Of a DNA stretch of 64,000 nucleotides, positions 28,680 to 43,103 are shown piece after piece. Source of the stretch: Octopus vulgaris (lineage: Eukaryota). The position numbers and the translations under genes were made by a program. The first letter of the stretch is position 1. Each line of letters opens with the position of its first letter. Below the pieces are notes generated by a model, which made no database searches, was not told where the DNA came from, and worked only from the letters and a program-made list of their open reading frames with translations. The stretch is taken from positions 19,592,001 to 19,656,000 of the forward strand of contig OX597839.1 in NCBI GenBank assembly GCA_951406725.2. Direction: 5' to 3'.

Positions 28680-29354
28680 CATATATAAATATATATATAT
28701 ATGTATATACGCACATACATATATATATATATATATACACACATATATATACATATATATACATATATATATATGCACTAATGATCTCTATATCTGTGCG
28801 TGATGAGCTTGCACGCATATTTAGACTGTATCTACATATACACACATACCTAAACAGATATTTTATACATACATACGCACGGGACTCTATAGCGTACAAG
28901 AGAACCTCATAAGCTATATATAAAGGCATTTGGGGTTTTTATTTTCCTATTTTCTGTGTGAGCATTTGCGACGAAGAGAAAGAACATTGGCGTGGGAGAG
29001 ATCGTTCTCACATCCGTATGTGAATCTAATTTGGAACCAGAACAAAGTCTTAAACGCTAGCGATGGGAACCACGGAGACGACTGACGTCACGTCGTAATG
29101 GCCGTTTCTTTCGGCAGTGGTTATATTTCTTCACGCTACACGACTGCCGAGATGTAAGCAACAGCGGGGGCGAATCGGCAATATGGATGACTGTCGAGTT
29201 ATGTCAGTTTGAAAATGGCCGACTGAATGCATTAGCAGACAAACTGGCAAATGATTTACAATAAAATGGTGCGGCAGTAAATGTCTCTGTCTCACTGTTT
29301 CTCCCTCTCTCTCTCTCTCTCTCGCTCTTTCTCTTTCACTATTTGCATACATAC

Positions 29355-29412
<58 letters not shown>

Positions 29413-30208
29413 GAAAATGTTTTGTATACATCAACGTCACTTTGATGGCGTGTGCTGTATTCTCATATGTATGCTCGTGTGTATGTATATATTTAAATAT
29501 GTACGTATACATGTATGTATCTGGTATAGCAATATACAGGTCTGTTTTCATTTCACACACACACATAAATACACACATATCTATATATATGAGTGCAGGC
29601 AGCGAGTCAATCTGTATACATGCATATATATATATACACATACACACATACATATATATATATATAAATATACATACACACAAACATATATATGCACACA
29701 CACACATATATATATATATATACACACACATACATACATATACATACACACACATACATACATATACATATACACATACATATATATATAAATAAATATA
29801 TACATACACACACACACATATATATATATACATACACACACACACATAGATATATACACACACACATACATATAGATATACATAGATACATACATACAGA
29901 CAGATATATATGTATATACATATATACACACATATATACAGAAATGAAGGAAGTCTGATAGAACCTTACGTAGTAATGTTAGTATCGTGATAAATCGATA
30001 TGTTGAGAGGTAGGCATACAATGTCATAAATATGTATAGACACGTACCTACGTGTGTATGGAGGGCACGGATGAATGTGTGTAGATTTAAGTGTGGTATT
30101 CCAATAGCTATATATCGTCATACATACATACGTACCTGAACAGAGGGACACTCTCACACATATTTACGTACATATTCACACGCATACATCTAGCGGTACC
30201 CGCAGTCA

Positions 30209-30285
<77 letters not shown>

Positions 30286-30286
30286 G

Positions 30287-30319
<33 letters not shown>

Positions 30320-30406
30320 ATGTATGTGTGTATGTATGCATGTATCTGTCTATCTATCTATCTATCTATCTATCTATATGTATGTGTGTATGTATGCATG
30401 TATTTG

Positions 30407-30465
<59 letters not shown>

Positions 30466-30793
30466 GTATGTGTGTATGTATGTATGTATGTATATATGCA
30501 CGTGTGCGTGTGTATGCCTGTATGTGTGTGTACGCTGTATGTGTTTGTGTGCACTTGTGTGTCTATGTACGTCTATGTGTGTGTGCGTGTGTGTGTGTGT
30601 GTGGTGTGTGTGTGTGTGTGTGCGTATGTGCGTGTGTGTTTCTGCTTGTCTGCTCGTGTGTCTGTGATCAACGCTGTGTATATTCTATCAAACACACACT
30701 TTTACGGAACTTTAATCTCTCGCCAATTTCTCCCTCTTCCTCTCACAATCTCCTTCCTTCCTCCCCGTCACTCTCACTTTCTTTCTCTCTCAT

Positions 30794-30831
<38 letters not shown>

Positions 30832-31138
30832 GTATATGCATAAAGGTGCAAGATCGATTTTCCAGAGTCTTTCGTTTCCAAGCTTACTGATATTTCCGAA
30901 ACAAGAACGGTCAACTTGGTCAACAGACCCTAAATTAAACGATTACTAAATTTACTTAGATAATTAAATTAAATACAGGTAATGTAAATAATGTTAATTA
31001 GTACACACTACAACAGTTTCCGGACCATCGGGGTCCGGAAAGTTACCTTTGCCCTTGTGTGTGTGAGAGAGAGAGTCTGTGCGTGTATATATACATATCT
31101 ATATATATTTATATACATATATAGACATATATATGTAT

Positions 31139-31178
<40 letters not shown>

Positions 31179-31268
31179 CGCATCCACATATATTATATTC
31201 ATATGCATATATACATGTATGTATATATATACATATACACATATATTCATATGCATATCTATATACAT

Positions 31269-31300
<32 letters not shown>

Positions 31301-31401
31301 GTAAACATTGTAAAAAGGTAGTAAAATAAATTATTATTACCGGTGATCTAGCACAAAAGACAAATTAGCCATTAGGCTATATGTTATTCATATATAAGTA
31401 C

Positions 31402-31842
31402 ATTAAAAGGCCTCTAAAAGAAGAAGCAAGTACTAGATACACAAAAAGTGGATTAATTCAATGAAATGAAAATCAAAAACGTTTACAAACTCGGCTCATC
31501 TTATACTGCAGTTTCGTCTTTTTTTTAGCAGAAAAATATAATTTATCTGCCAAGGCTCTTCAGTAAGCTAGACTTTTCAGACCATTGCGCAATGGTCTGA
31601 AAAGTTAGAGAATGCAAGTCGGTAGAACCGCACATACTTCTAACGATATGTACTTCTAGGATAACAAAGGCTGCTTACTGAAGAGTCTAGCCTTGGCAGG
31701 TAAATTATATTTACAGCTAAAAAAAAGACGAAACTGCAGTATAAGATGACCGAGTTTGTAAACGTTTTTGATTTTCATTTCATTGAATTTATCCACTTTT
31801 TGTGTATCTAGTACTTGCTTCTTCTTTTAGAGGCCTTTTAAT
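31402..31842. mobile_element. Fold-back of Penelope-like terminal repeats: ~170-bp inverted arms (31402-31568, 31673-31842), each carrying a hammerhead
   Basis: Arms are near-perfect reverse complements; the spacer holds a perfect 34-bp palindrome at 31572-31605. Confidence 0.85.
31674..31745 (+). ncRNA. Type-I hammerhead ribozyme with intact canonical core
   Basis: CTTA-CTGAAGA-GTCT...AGAC-GAAA-CTGCAG-TA-TAAG: stem I CUUA/UAAG, stem II GUCU/AGAC, palindromic stem III ACUGCAGU; predicted cut after 31741. Confidence 0.8.
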
Positions 31843-32274
31843 ATATATATATATGTATATACATTTGTATATATGTACATATATATGTATATTTATAAAT
31901 ATATATATATATATACATATACTTAAACACACACACATACAAGAGTGTGTGTGTAATGAAATTGGAAGATAGATAGATACATATGTAGATTTTAATGTAA
32001 TACATATATATATATATATATACATATATACTTTACGATTATTTATAAAATATAATGATTCATGCACATGACGAATTATAAGTACATACACAAACCTACA
32101 CACACACATGTACATCATGCGTGAAAACGAAAACTAAATCACATGTATCTATTACATAGGTGTCTGGGTCATTTGTGTAGACCTAAATTGTAAGTATTAT
32201 AAATATCTAGTCTCCATAAGGTATAATTCACTTACCGATATTTGATACTGAATGTTATAGATAGATAGGTAGGT

Positions 32275-32446
<172 letters not shown>

Positions 32447-32518
32447 TATACATAGATATATCTCTTGATATATATACAGATACATACAAACATAGGTACA
32501 TAAATATATAACTATGTG

Positions 32519-32562
<44 letters not shown>

Positions 32563-33824
32563 CTAGATAGATAGATACATGCATACATACATACATACAT
32601 ACATACATACATACATACATACATACATAGGTACATGGATGTATGGATGTATGTATGGATGGATGGATAGACAGAGAGAGGGATAGGTAGATAAATAGAT
32701 AGACAGATAGGTAGATTGATAGAGACAGAGAGAAGAAAGAAAGAGTGACAGACAGACGACGGAGAAACTGACTACTATTTTACTATTGTATTTTGGAGGT
32801 CCCCCACACCCATTTGATGCTTCAAAAATGTTTTTTTTTTTATATACAGTCTCCTTTCAAAATCCCTATTTTGTTTTCACCCACCAAATTGTGTAGGCTA
32901 AATTGTGTCAAATATTTGAGAAAGAAACTTAGCTGTTTCTTGCAATACATTCCAATATATACATCTAAAGAAAAAAAAAATTCAGGGTCTCTTAAAATAC
33001 TATTGTGGATCCCCAAAAATATTATAAGGACCCTTAAGGGGCCATATGGACGGCGGTCTACAAAGTTATCAACGCCATCACCATAAAGGAAACATTTAGC
33101 AAAGAAGAAACTAAATCCTCAGATACGAAATAAACCGTCGATGACGACGATGGCGACGGCGACGAAATGTTTAATAATTAGTTTCATTTCTGTTTTATGT
33201 AGCGATGGCGTATTGAGGTTCAAAGGTGTCCTTGAGCTTTTGACGAGGCTGGATACTTTTATTGCGTAATTTGTGGTATGCTGTTTATAATGGCTCGTGG
33301 GAGATGTGTTCTGGATGCGTCTCTAATTATTTTTGTTGATTCTGCTCCGGTTTTTCGAAGTGCTGAATTCTTGAACATCATTGATTGTCTTTAAGAGAGT
33401 TTCGCATTCCATTGGACTTCAACAAGGAGCGTTGAATGCCGTTGTATACAAGCGTGCTTAAATCTATGTGAACGTGTATATATGTGTATACAAATAAATA
33501 TATCTATGTGAATGTGCTTGAATGAGTATTTTTATGAATTCTGTGGTGAGTAGAGAGGAGGAAATGATTCAGCTACTGGTGATGATGGGGAAGGGTCTGT
33601 TTAAAACATTACTAAAATAATTTCAGACCGTGTTATTTCTACTTGTATGTATATTATTCTTGCTCTATGTTAATATTGTGAATTTTAAGGTTGTTTTTTT
33701 TCATATTTCGTTTCGATTCGTTACATTTCGGTTTTTGCAAAAATTTTGTTCTAGTGCTTCGCTTTAATTTCTTCTATATTTATATGCTTGCTTCTACGTG
33801 CGTGTGTTTGTGTATAACTTACTG

Positions 33825-33855
<31 letters not shown>

Positions 33856-34439
33856 ATTATGCAGTCGCGCAAATGAACTTAGAGACAAATATTACACACA
33901 AACACACACATATATGATATATGTAATATTTGTGTTTGTGTATGAACTTGTATATGCGTACCTACACGATGTATGATCTATAAATGAGTGTCGATACCTT
34001 TCTGTATCTGTGAATGAGTGTGTATTGGTGTATGCATGCAGTGTCTATCTATATATGTATATGCGCATAAACGTGTACATATGTGTGTGTGTGTGTGATT
34101 GTGTGTGTGTAACATTTGTCTCTAAGTTTATTTTTGCGACTGTATAATAATGTGTGTGCATATGTATTTATCAGTAAGTTATATGCAAGTATGTGATCAT
34201 CTCAACCTGTGTGTATACATATGGATATATACAGGGCTATACTCATGTATATGTATGTGTGCGTATATATTATATATTATATTTCTGTATGTGATTACAC
34301 CTGTGCTTCTGTATATGTGTGTGTGCATGAATAAACATTATATGCATCTATAACTGCACATGTATACATGTATGACGCTGTATGTATACATGCATATGCG
34401 GGTATTTACATACGTGTGAGCATGCGTATATATATATAT

Positions 34440-34505
34440 GTGCATAAATGGGCGTGGATATAAATGTGTGAGACTGTACAAGTTCATGTATACATGTGTA
34501 TGCGG

Positions 34506-34560
<55 letters not shown>

Positions 34561-34735
34561 TGTGCATATATGTGCGTGGATATAAATGTGTGAGACTGTA
34601 CAAGTTCATGTATACATGTGTATGCGGATATATATATATATGTGTATGTGTGTGTGTGTGTGAGTGTGCATATATGTGCGTGGATATAAATGTGTGAGAC
34701 TGTAACGTTCATATATACATGTGTATGCGGGTATA
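34440..34735. repeat. Three-copy ~110-120-bp tandem repeat built around (TG)n
   Basis: cgtggatataaatgtgtgagactgtacaagttcatgtatacatgtgtatgcggatata recurs at ~34453, 34575 and 34679. Confidence 0.85.
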
Positions 34736-35303
34736 TTTATACGTGTGTGTATATGCGTATATCAATATATATGTGTATGTGTATATATGCGCATACATAT
34801 ACAGGTATGAGGCTATATATATTTACGGTTACAGGTGCGTGCAAGCATTTATATCTGTCGGTATACACATATACACATACGTATATGTGCATATGTTTTT
34901 GTGTGTGTGTGTGCGTGTGTGTGTATATGTGTGTGTGCACCTATCTACATGTTGTAGGCGTGTATGATAGCACGTGGGTGGATACGTTCGTTTATGTATG
35001 TTTATGTATTGGAAAGATAACATTCTTTATGTATAATTTGTATGTGTATATATATATATATACATATATATGTATGTATGTATATATATATATATCATCC
35101 TGTGCATGCGTATAGATGTATTTGATTGTGTGTATAGGCGAGTAATTATGCATGTGTGCGCATGCGCGTATTTTTACATTTATACGCGCTTATACATCTG
35201 TATATATGTATAATCACCCTATATATATCTAATATATATAAATATGTATATATATATACATATATAAAGATATATATATACACACACATATATATATATA
35301 TAG

Positions 35304-35339
<36 letters not shown>

Positions 35340-35411
35340 ACATATATATATACATATATATATACATACATATATATACACACACATATATATATAGATA
35401 TGTATATATAG

Positions 35412-35449
<38 letters not shown>

Positions 35450-35451
35450 AC

Positions 35452-35514
<63 letters not shown>

Positions 35515-35701
35515 CATACATATATATACATATATATACATATATATGTATACATATATATATACATACATATATATATATACATATATATATATACATA
35601 CATATACATACATATATATATATACATACATATACATACATATATATATATACATACATATACATACATATATATATACATATATATATACATATATATA
35701 T

Positions 35702-35792
<91 letters not shown>

Positions 35793-36049
35793 GGGTATTA
35801 TATCTTTAGGTGCGTACGTGTCTGAATTATCACGCGGGTATTTTATATATGTATGTATATGGATATGCCTCGGTGTATGAATACGTGCGTGTTTAGGTAC
35901 GGCCATGTATACGGGTGTTGTGCTTTTTAGGTATCCAATGTAAGGATATGCTACATTGGATCCATAAAATGAAGAACACAATTTTGTCTTGCTATAAAAA
36001 TAATCGAATAATGCCAAAAAAAAAAGTAATGTCAGGAAGATGGTAATCA

Positions 36050-36110
36050 TAAAAATGATGATGGGTGTAACGGAAGATGATTGCTGCAGTGATGATAACG
36101 CTGGTGGGGC

Positions 36111-36165
<55 letters not shown>

Positions 36166-36216
36166 GGTCATGATGATGATGATGATGATGGTCATGATGG
36201 TGATGATGGTGATGGC

Positions 36217-36267
<51 letters not shown>

Positions 36268-36608
36268 GGTGGTGGTGATGATGATGGTGATGATGATGAT
36301 GATATTGATCGTGATGGTGATGATGATGTTAATGATGGTGATGGTGCGGATGATGACGATTATGAGGATGATTATGAGGATGATGGTGATGATGATGGCG
36401 ATGATGATGATGATGGCGATGGTGATGATGATGATGATGATGAGGGTGATGATGGTGCTGGTGCGGATGATGATAATGAGAGTGATTTCTTAAAATAATA
36501 AAAAGAATTAAAATAGCATTAGGAGTAATAGCATAATAAACATATAAAAGCTATAAAAGAATAATAACAATAATAATAACAATAAGGAAACTGACGATGG
36601 TGGTGGTG

Positions 36609-36671
<63 letters not shown>

Positions 36672-36729
36672 GTGATGATGAGTACGTTGATGATGATGAT
36701 GATGATGAATATGATGAGTATGACGATGG

Positions 36730-36782
<53 letters not shown>

Positions 36783-36867
36783 GTGATGATGAGTATGATG
36801 ATGATGATGGTGATGATGAGTACGTTGATGATGATGATGATGATGAATATGATGAGTATGACGATGG

Positions 36868-36902
<35 letters not shown>

Positions 36903-37781
36903 GTGATGATGAGTATGATGAGTATGACGATGGTGATGATGAGTACGTTGATGATGATGATGAATATGATGAGTATGACGATGGTGATGATGAGTATGAT
37001 GATGATGAGTATGATGATGAGTATGATGATGATGATGATGAATATGATGAGTATGACGATGGTGATGATGAGTATGATGATGATGAGTATGATGATGAGT
37101 ATGATGATGATGATGATGAATATGATGAGTATGACGATGGTGATGATGAGTATGATGATGATGATGATGGTGATGATGAGTATGATGATGATGATGATGA
37201 ATATGATGAGTATGACGATGGTGATGATGAGGATATGATGATGATGATGATGGTGATGATGAGTATGTTGATGATGATGATGACAATGAGTATGATGATG
37301 ATGCGATGAGTATGATGATGAGGAGGAGGAGCAGGAGGAGGAGGAGAATGATCAAGATGATAATGATGATGATGAAGGGGAGGATCAAACCGATGATGAT
37401 GATGTTGATGATAACGATAACGGCGACGACAGCGGCTATGTTTATGATGTCGACGATGGTGATAATGATGAGGATGATGAGGAGCATGATGATGATGGTG
37501 ATGCCAGTGATGGCGGTAGTGGCGGTACTGATGATGATGATGATGATGATAATGATTATGATGGTGATGACGGTATCGATGTCGACGACAACGCTAGCGA
37601 AACAAAAAAAATTATAGTGTTCGCATCTACAACAACAACAACTACGACTACTAACACTAGCGCCACCAGCACCCCACCCCAATCACCCCAATCACCACCA
37701 CCACCACCATCGCTATCAACATTGGCGGTAATAATAACGACGGTGATGATGCTAATAGCAAGAACAGGAGTAACAATAACA

Positions 37782-37849
<68 letters not shown>

Positions 37850-37934
37850 TATAATAATAATAATAATAATAATGATAATAATGATAATAATAATAATAAT
37901 AACAATAATAATAATAATAATAATGATAATAATG

Positions 37935-37994
<60 letters not shown>

Positions 37995-37995
37995 G
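36050..37995. repeat. Cluster of trinucleotide arrays: (GAT)n/(GGT)n, higher-order GAT array, (AAT)n
   Basis: Direct reading; yields poly-D/M/H/I pseudo-ORFs. Confidence 0.95.
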
Positions 37996-38108
37996 TTGGA
38001 AAACACCAATAATCGATAGTAATTTATTGTTGTTTTGCTGGAGATGATGGTAATTTTTCGTTCCGCTTTATTGAATGGCTAAATCCATCAATCCATCTAT
38101 CCACCCAT

Positions 38109-38157
<49 letters not shown>

Positions 38158-38464
38158 CATACAATATATATACATATATATAAACGTACGCGCGCGTGCA
38201 CATAAATATATTGATCGGATTACACGTTTCCAAATGAACTATATTAAAGGTCATTGTTTCTGTGTTATTAAATTTTATGAATATTATTCAATTTTGCGAA
38301 AATTTTCTATGGAACAAGATTTATATTCGCAGCGTAATTCGCCAGAGCAAGCCATTTACAACATGATGTCTCTAATTCTTTAGATTCCAATCCTGCTTCA
38401 ACAACTTTGCTAGCGCCGAAAATATTATACAAATACACACACATATATAGATAGATAGATATAC

Positions 38465-38527
<63 letters not shown>

Positions 38528-39021
38528 CACAAATGTATATATATATGTACAGATATGTGTGGATAGATATGTATGTATGTATATATACATATAAGGATAG
38601 AATTCTCGTTCCGGTTGATAAACCTGTCCACGTTTGTATGTGATAATAACCCACGTTCAATTCAGAAAGATCCATATATGCAAACACACGAACACTCACA
38701 CATACATACACGCATTCACATACGCGCACTCACAGACAGGTTCATACACACGCACATCCATATTGACACGTATAGGTACGCAAATTCTCACAGGCAAACA
38801 CATTCTTGCACATTTAAATACATATATATATATATATATATATACATGCATACAAATAGAGAAACAGAGACGTGCATGCATACATACATTACACACATAC
38901 ATACATGAATGAATGAATGCATACATACATACATACATACATACATACATACATACATACATACATACATACATACATACATACATACATACATACATAC
39001 ATACGTAGGTACGTGCGTACA

Positions 39022-39385
39022 TACCAGAAGGAGGAAAGCTAATTTGAAGACTACAGATCCAATCCATCACTGGAATTGTAAAAATCTGTAAAACTTTGCA
39101 GAAATTTATCATTCAAATATATATGAGCATGTCTAGAAACGCAACTAGATGTATGAAAATGCATACATAAAGCGAAACATACAAATCTGGACATATACAT
39201 ACACACATACACACATGCATACGCACATACACATGCAACATACCTAAATACCAATCTTGAGAAATTAGGCTTCTCAAAACCAGGAAGGAAAAAGCTAATT
39301 CGGAGACTGCAGATCCAATCCATCACTGGAACTGTATAAATCTGTAAAACTTTCCAGAAGTTTATCATTTAAATATATATGCGAG
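39022..39385 (+). mobile_element. Two tandem 3'-end fragments of the TACA-associated RLE LINE
   Basis: ccagaaggaggaaagctaatt..cagatccaatccatcactggaa.tgta..aatctgtaaaacttt.cagaa.tttatcatt occurs at 39024 and 39280; the first starts directly after (TACA)n. Confidence 0.75.
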
Positions 39386-39766
39386 TAAAATGAAATGAAA
39401 AATGAAGGAGTGGAGGATTGAAATTTTGAAAATGCGATTTTTGAAAATTTTGTTTTCAGAATTGGATCCTCCACAACCAAAAAGGTGGGATTCTGTAATA
39501 TATATATATATAAGGATAATATCAATATTTAAATATCGATCTTATCAATTGGTCAGCATGGGAATAAATACCATGCAAAGGCAATAATTATTTAAAACTA
39601 TAAATTAGGGTATCTGAGAGATAGTTTATTTTGTCTCTCTGTCTTCTCTCATGGCGCGATATGAACATTCAAGGTGGTTTTATGGTCAGGGTTTTGACTG
39701 CTATTTCAGCATGGTGGTATCTCTCAGATACCCTAATTTATATATATATATATATTTATATATATA

Positions 39767-40267
39767 CTAGCAGTATCGCCCGGTGTTGCTCGGGTTTGTA
39801 AGGGAAATAACTATATAAGCATTTTTAGAGAGTTACTTCCCTTATGGATGCCAATTCGGGCTTTCTTAGCCATTTCTGTTTTGGTGTCTTCAATCCATGA
39901 AGTCGTTGTTCTAAAAGAACGCTGGTCTCCTTGACAACGCATTACGACGTTGATTTCCTTAAACTCCCTTCCCCACAGCTTCACGAGGGAGGGAAGAAGG
40001 GGGAGAAGCAAACATATGCGCAGGTGTTTGAGCGTGGACGCCAACTCCGCCGCCATCGACACACGAAAAATTATGCATTAAAATGGAATAAAAAATTATG
40101 TTAAATTATTTTTAAAATCGTAGACTCATCGTAGACGCGCGCTAATAGCCAGACGGGCTTGATATTAATCACGACTATAAGATACCCGAATTTGGTTAAA
40201 CTGCACTGCAAAATGGGGGAGGAGTTAGGAATCTAAATCGTAGGAGACAGACACTCACACAACTACA

Positions 40268-40275
<8 letters not shown>
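39767..40275 (-). mobile_element. Non-autonomous Helitron in (TA)n; 3' end shared with 21529-21918
   Basis: Minus strand ends acccgagcaacaccgggcgatactgCTAG|T; the body differs from the other copy. Confidence 0.75.
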
Positions 40276-40324
<49 letters not shown>

Positions 40325-40444
40325 TCATATTCATATTTCATATGTTTTTTTTCATATTCGTTTTCCACACACTTGTTAACATCCCCCAGGCTAGTTTTTT
40401 TTTTTTGTTTTGTTCCCTGGTGAAAGTCTTTACATTGACCGTTT

Positions 40445-40565
40445 ACAGTTGGTATGGCAACCGTCTACACAAAATTGTTGAAGATCTGAACATGCGCAAA
40501 ATATGACCAAAGTTTTTTTTTTCCCCCAGAATGCTCAGTGACGAACAGAGGGACCGTCGCGCTGA
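40445..40565 (+). pseudogene. Old mariner transposase fragment
   Basis: Translates ~YGxVYTKxVEDLNMRKI*PKF..PRMLSDEQRDRR, resembling the mariner linker (WVPxxL) region. Confidence 0.5.
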
Positions 40566-40619
40566 CCACCAGGTATTTATATGATGTATTTAAAGATATT
40601 TTTAATATGAAGGTGAATT

Positions 40620-41340
40620 TTGTGGCTGCGTGGGAAGAAGTTTGCTTTTCAAGCACATGGTCTTGGGTTCAGTCTAAATGCGCAGTCTCTGTGTAAGAAG
40701 TGACTTCTAAAATGGCCACAGTTTGACCAAAGCATTTAGGATTGGACTGGGTTGACGGAAACTGAAAGAAACATATTGTCAGCGTCTGTACACGCACGCA
40801 CACATACACACACACATACGTGCAAACTCACATACTCGCACACTCACATACGCGCAAACTCACACACGCGCAAACTCACACACGCGCACACAGATACATA
40901 CACATATATAATCGAAATAAGAAGACAAGGAAAGGCTTTAACACATCTTTGACAATCAGCTTCAATTATTCTCTACCAACTCGGGTTGAGTGCTGCATTA
41001 GAAATACCCTATCCTACCATCCCAGGACCCTATGCGCGCGCACACTTAGATGCACACACACACACATACATGTATGTATTTATATATATATATATATATA
41101 TGCGTGTGTGTATTCATTTGTGGTTATACTTGTGTTTATCTCCACCACTACTACCACCAGATAAACTGTGTTTAATTAGTTTCCGCCCCATAACTTAGCG
41201 GTTCGACAATACAGGCCGATACTATAACCATCATGATTTTTTTTTAATCCACTGAGGTCGATTTGTTCGATTAAAATCTTCCCAAGCATTACTCCAGCAT
41301 GGCCGCAGGCCAATGTCTGAAACAACAATAGCATAAAAGA
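40620..41340 (+). mobile_element. Decayed SINE family A: head 40620-40780 and tail 41178-41340 separated by expanded microsatellite/other DNA
   Basis: gtggctgcgtgggaagaagtttgc...ggttgacggaaactgaaagaa and taacttagcggttcgac...ctccagcatggccgcagg. Confidence 0.55.
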
Positions 41341-41481
41341 CAATTGAGAAAAGAATATACCCCTGACAATCGAAAACAATTTCAGTAAATAATATTCCGT
41401 ATTTTTTAAATCGATTAATCGATCAGTCTAATTGTTCTGTAACATATTTGATTTTTGATTACCAATCAATGTCTCCCCCAC

Positions 41482-41536
<55 letters not shown>

Positions 41537-41934
41537 TCTCTCAATGAGTCAGAAACCGCATCTAGTTTAATTATAACCTATGGGTCGAAATTATATCCAC
41601 AGTTCATTCGAAAGTTCTGCATAATCGGATTCTCTGGGTCTTAGAAGAGATCAGACAATTATATAGACTGTTGTTATATACATATCTGAAAAGGCTATTA
41701 TATATATAGGTATATTATGCATAATTGAAAACATTATATATATATATATAATTGTATTGACTTAAAATAAATATTAAATATACTTCTATTATATATAGTT
41801 AAAAAGACTAGTATATATAATTCTATCGTATAGAAGTATATATAATTAAAACTACAGTTTCAAACTTTCAAACATTTCTATTGTATATAAGTAAAAAGGC
41901 TTTTGCGTATATATATATATATATATATATATAT

Positions 41935-42515
41935 GTCTTTCTTACTTTGCCCCACTGATTCTGTTGCCCAGCCAAACTTTTGGCGCGCTCTGTTTCTTCC
42001 CCATCCCCCTCTCTCTTTGATTCTGTTGCCCCCTTGTTTTATTCTGTCTCTTCTTCTAACTTTCACGTGACCTGCTGGTTAACTGGCCTTTCCGCTGGTG
42101 ACCGCTGCTGTGACAACACGGCTTCTCTCTTCGTCTGCCGAAAAGGCATTTATTTCAAAATACGCCCGCTAAGATAAGTTCAATTGTCTAAAGTCGTAAG
42201 ACACCCGCTGTTTTTGTTCCGTTATTACCATTCTTGTCTTTAATTTTATTTTTGTTTCTTGTATTTATATTCGTGTGGTATCGTCCGTTTTTCTGTCCTT
42301 GTTTCGTATACATTCGATCCTTTTTCCAAGAAATCTAATGCTCGCAGCTTAGTTTTCCTTGGGGCTAGCCGGATCTGAGCGATATCAGGATTAATTAGCC
42401 GAAATTTGCTAGGACGATCCGGTTCCTGACTGAAGATTAGAGGCTTCGAGTGACCCGTCCGTTCTTTGTGTCGTCTCTTTGTGTTTTTTGCGTTCTTGTC
42501 CCATTTTGTATTTTT
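41935..42515. repeat. Unclassified interspersed repeat between (TA)n tracts; partial copy at 3985-4060
   Basis: ctgactgaaga.t.gaggctt.ga.tgacccgt is shared with ~3996-4028. Confidence 0.5.
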
Positions 42516-42523
42516 TATATATA

Positions 42524-42593
<70 letters not shown>

Positions 42594-42750
42594 TGGCAGG
42601 GCTGGCCTGCTAGGTAGCCGGCCAGAATGCTAGAAATAGATCATAAACGATCAAACTACAAGGGAAATTCTCTAGAGGAAGAATTCAGCGAACACCAGAA
42701 CCAAATTTGGCGGGCAGGACATATGAAAAATTAAATAAAAAACAGACTTA

Positions 42751-42826
42751 AATGCATACCTCGGTTTCGGTCTTAACAAAAGAATTACTTGCATAATTCA
42801 AGTGTCCGTGACTTCTTCAGTACATT
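42751..42826 (-). ncRNA. Type-I hammerhead motif, near intact
   Basis: AATGTA-CTGAAGA-aGTC...GACc-GAAA-CCgaGG-TA-TGCATT: 6-bp stem I, core intact, 10.1-11.1 pair is an A-C mismatch. Confidence 0.65.
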
Positions 42827-43103
42827 CGGTCCTCGAGATGCAAACCGCAAGACTAACCCCAGCTCTCTGTGTCAAGACAGACACGTGCTTAGTCTTACTG
42901 ATTACATCGGGAATAAAATTTCAAATGTCTTGGTTCCGGCGCGCTAAGAGACTCCTGAAGCGAAGGGCTGCAGTGAATAATTCACTGCGGGTAAAGCTTA
43001 GATATATAAATATATATGTACATACACATATATTCTTATATGCATGTATATGTGTATATAGATTAGGTCTCGCGTCAGGAATAACCTGGTGTAGAACTCA
43101 ATA

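Noticed and set aside
31005-31045. 10-bp hairpin tttccggacc/ggtccggaaa next to GAAA-cuguug-UA on the minus strand
   Set aside because: Could be half a hammerhead, but the CUGANGA core is missing; not counted.
36040-37682. Poly-Asp, poly-His and poly-Met ORFs resembling biomineral or metal-binding proteins
   Set aside because: They are alternative frames of a (GAT)n array; no signal peptide, splice context or unique flanking coding sequence.
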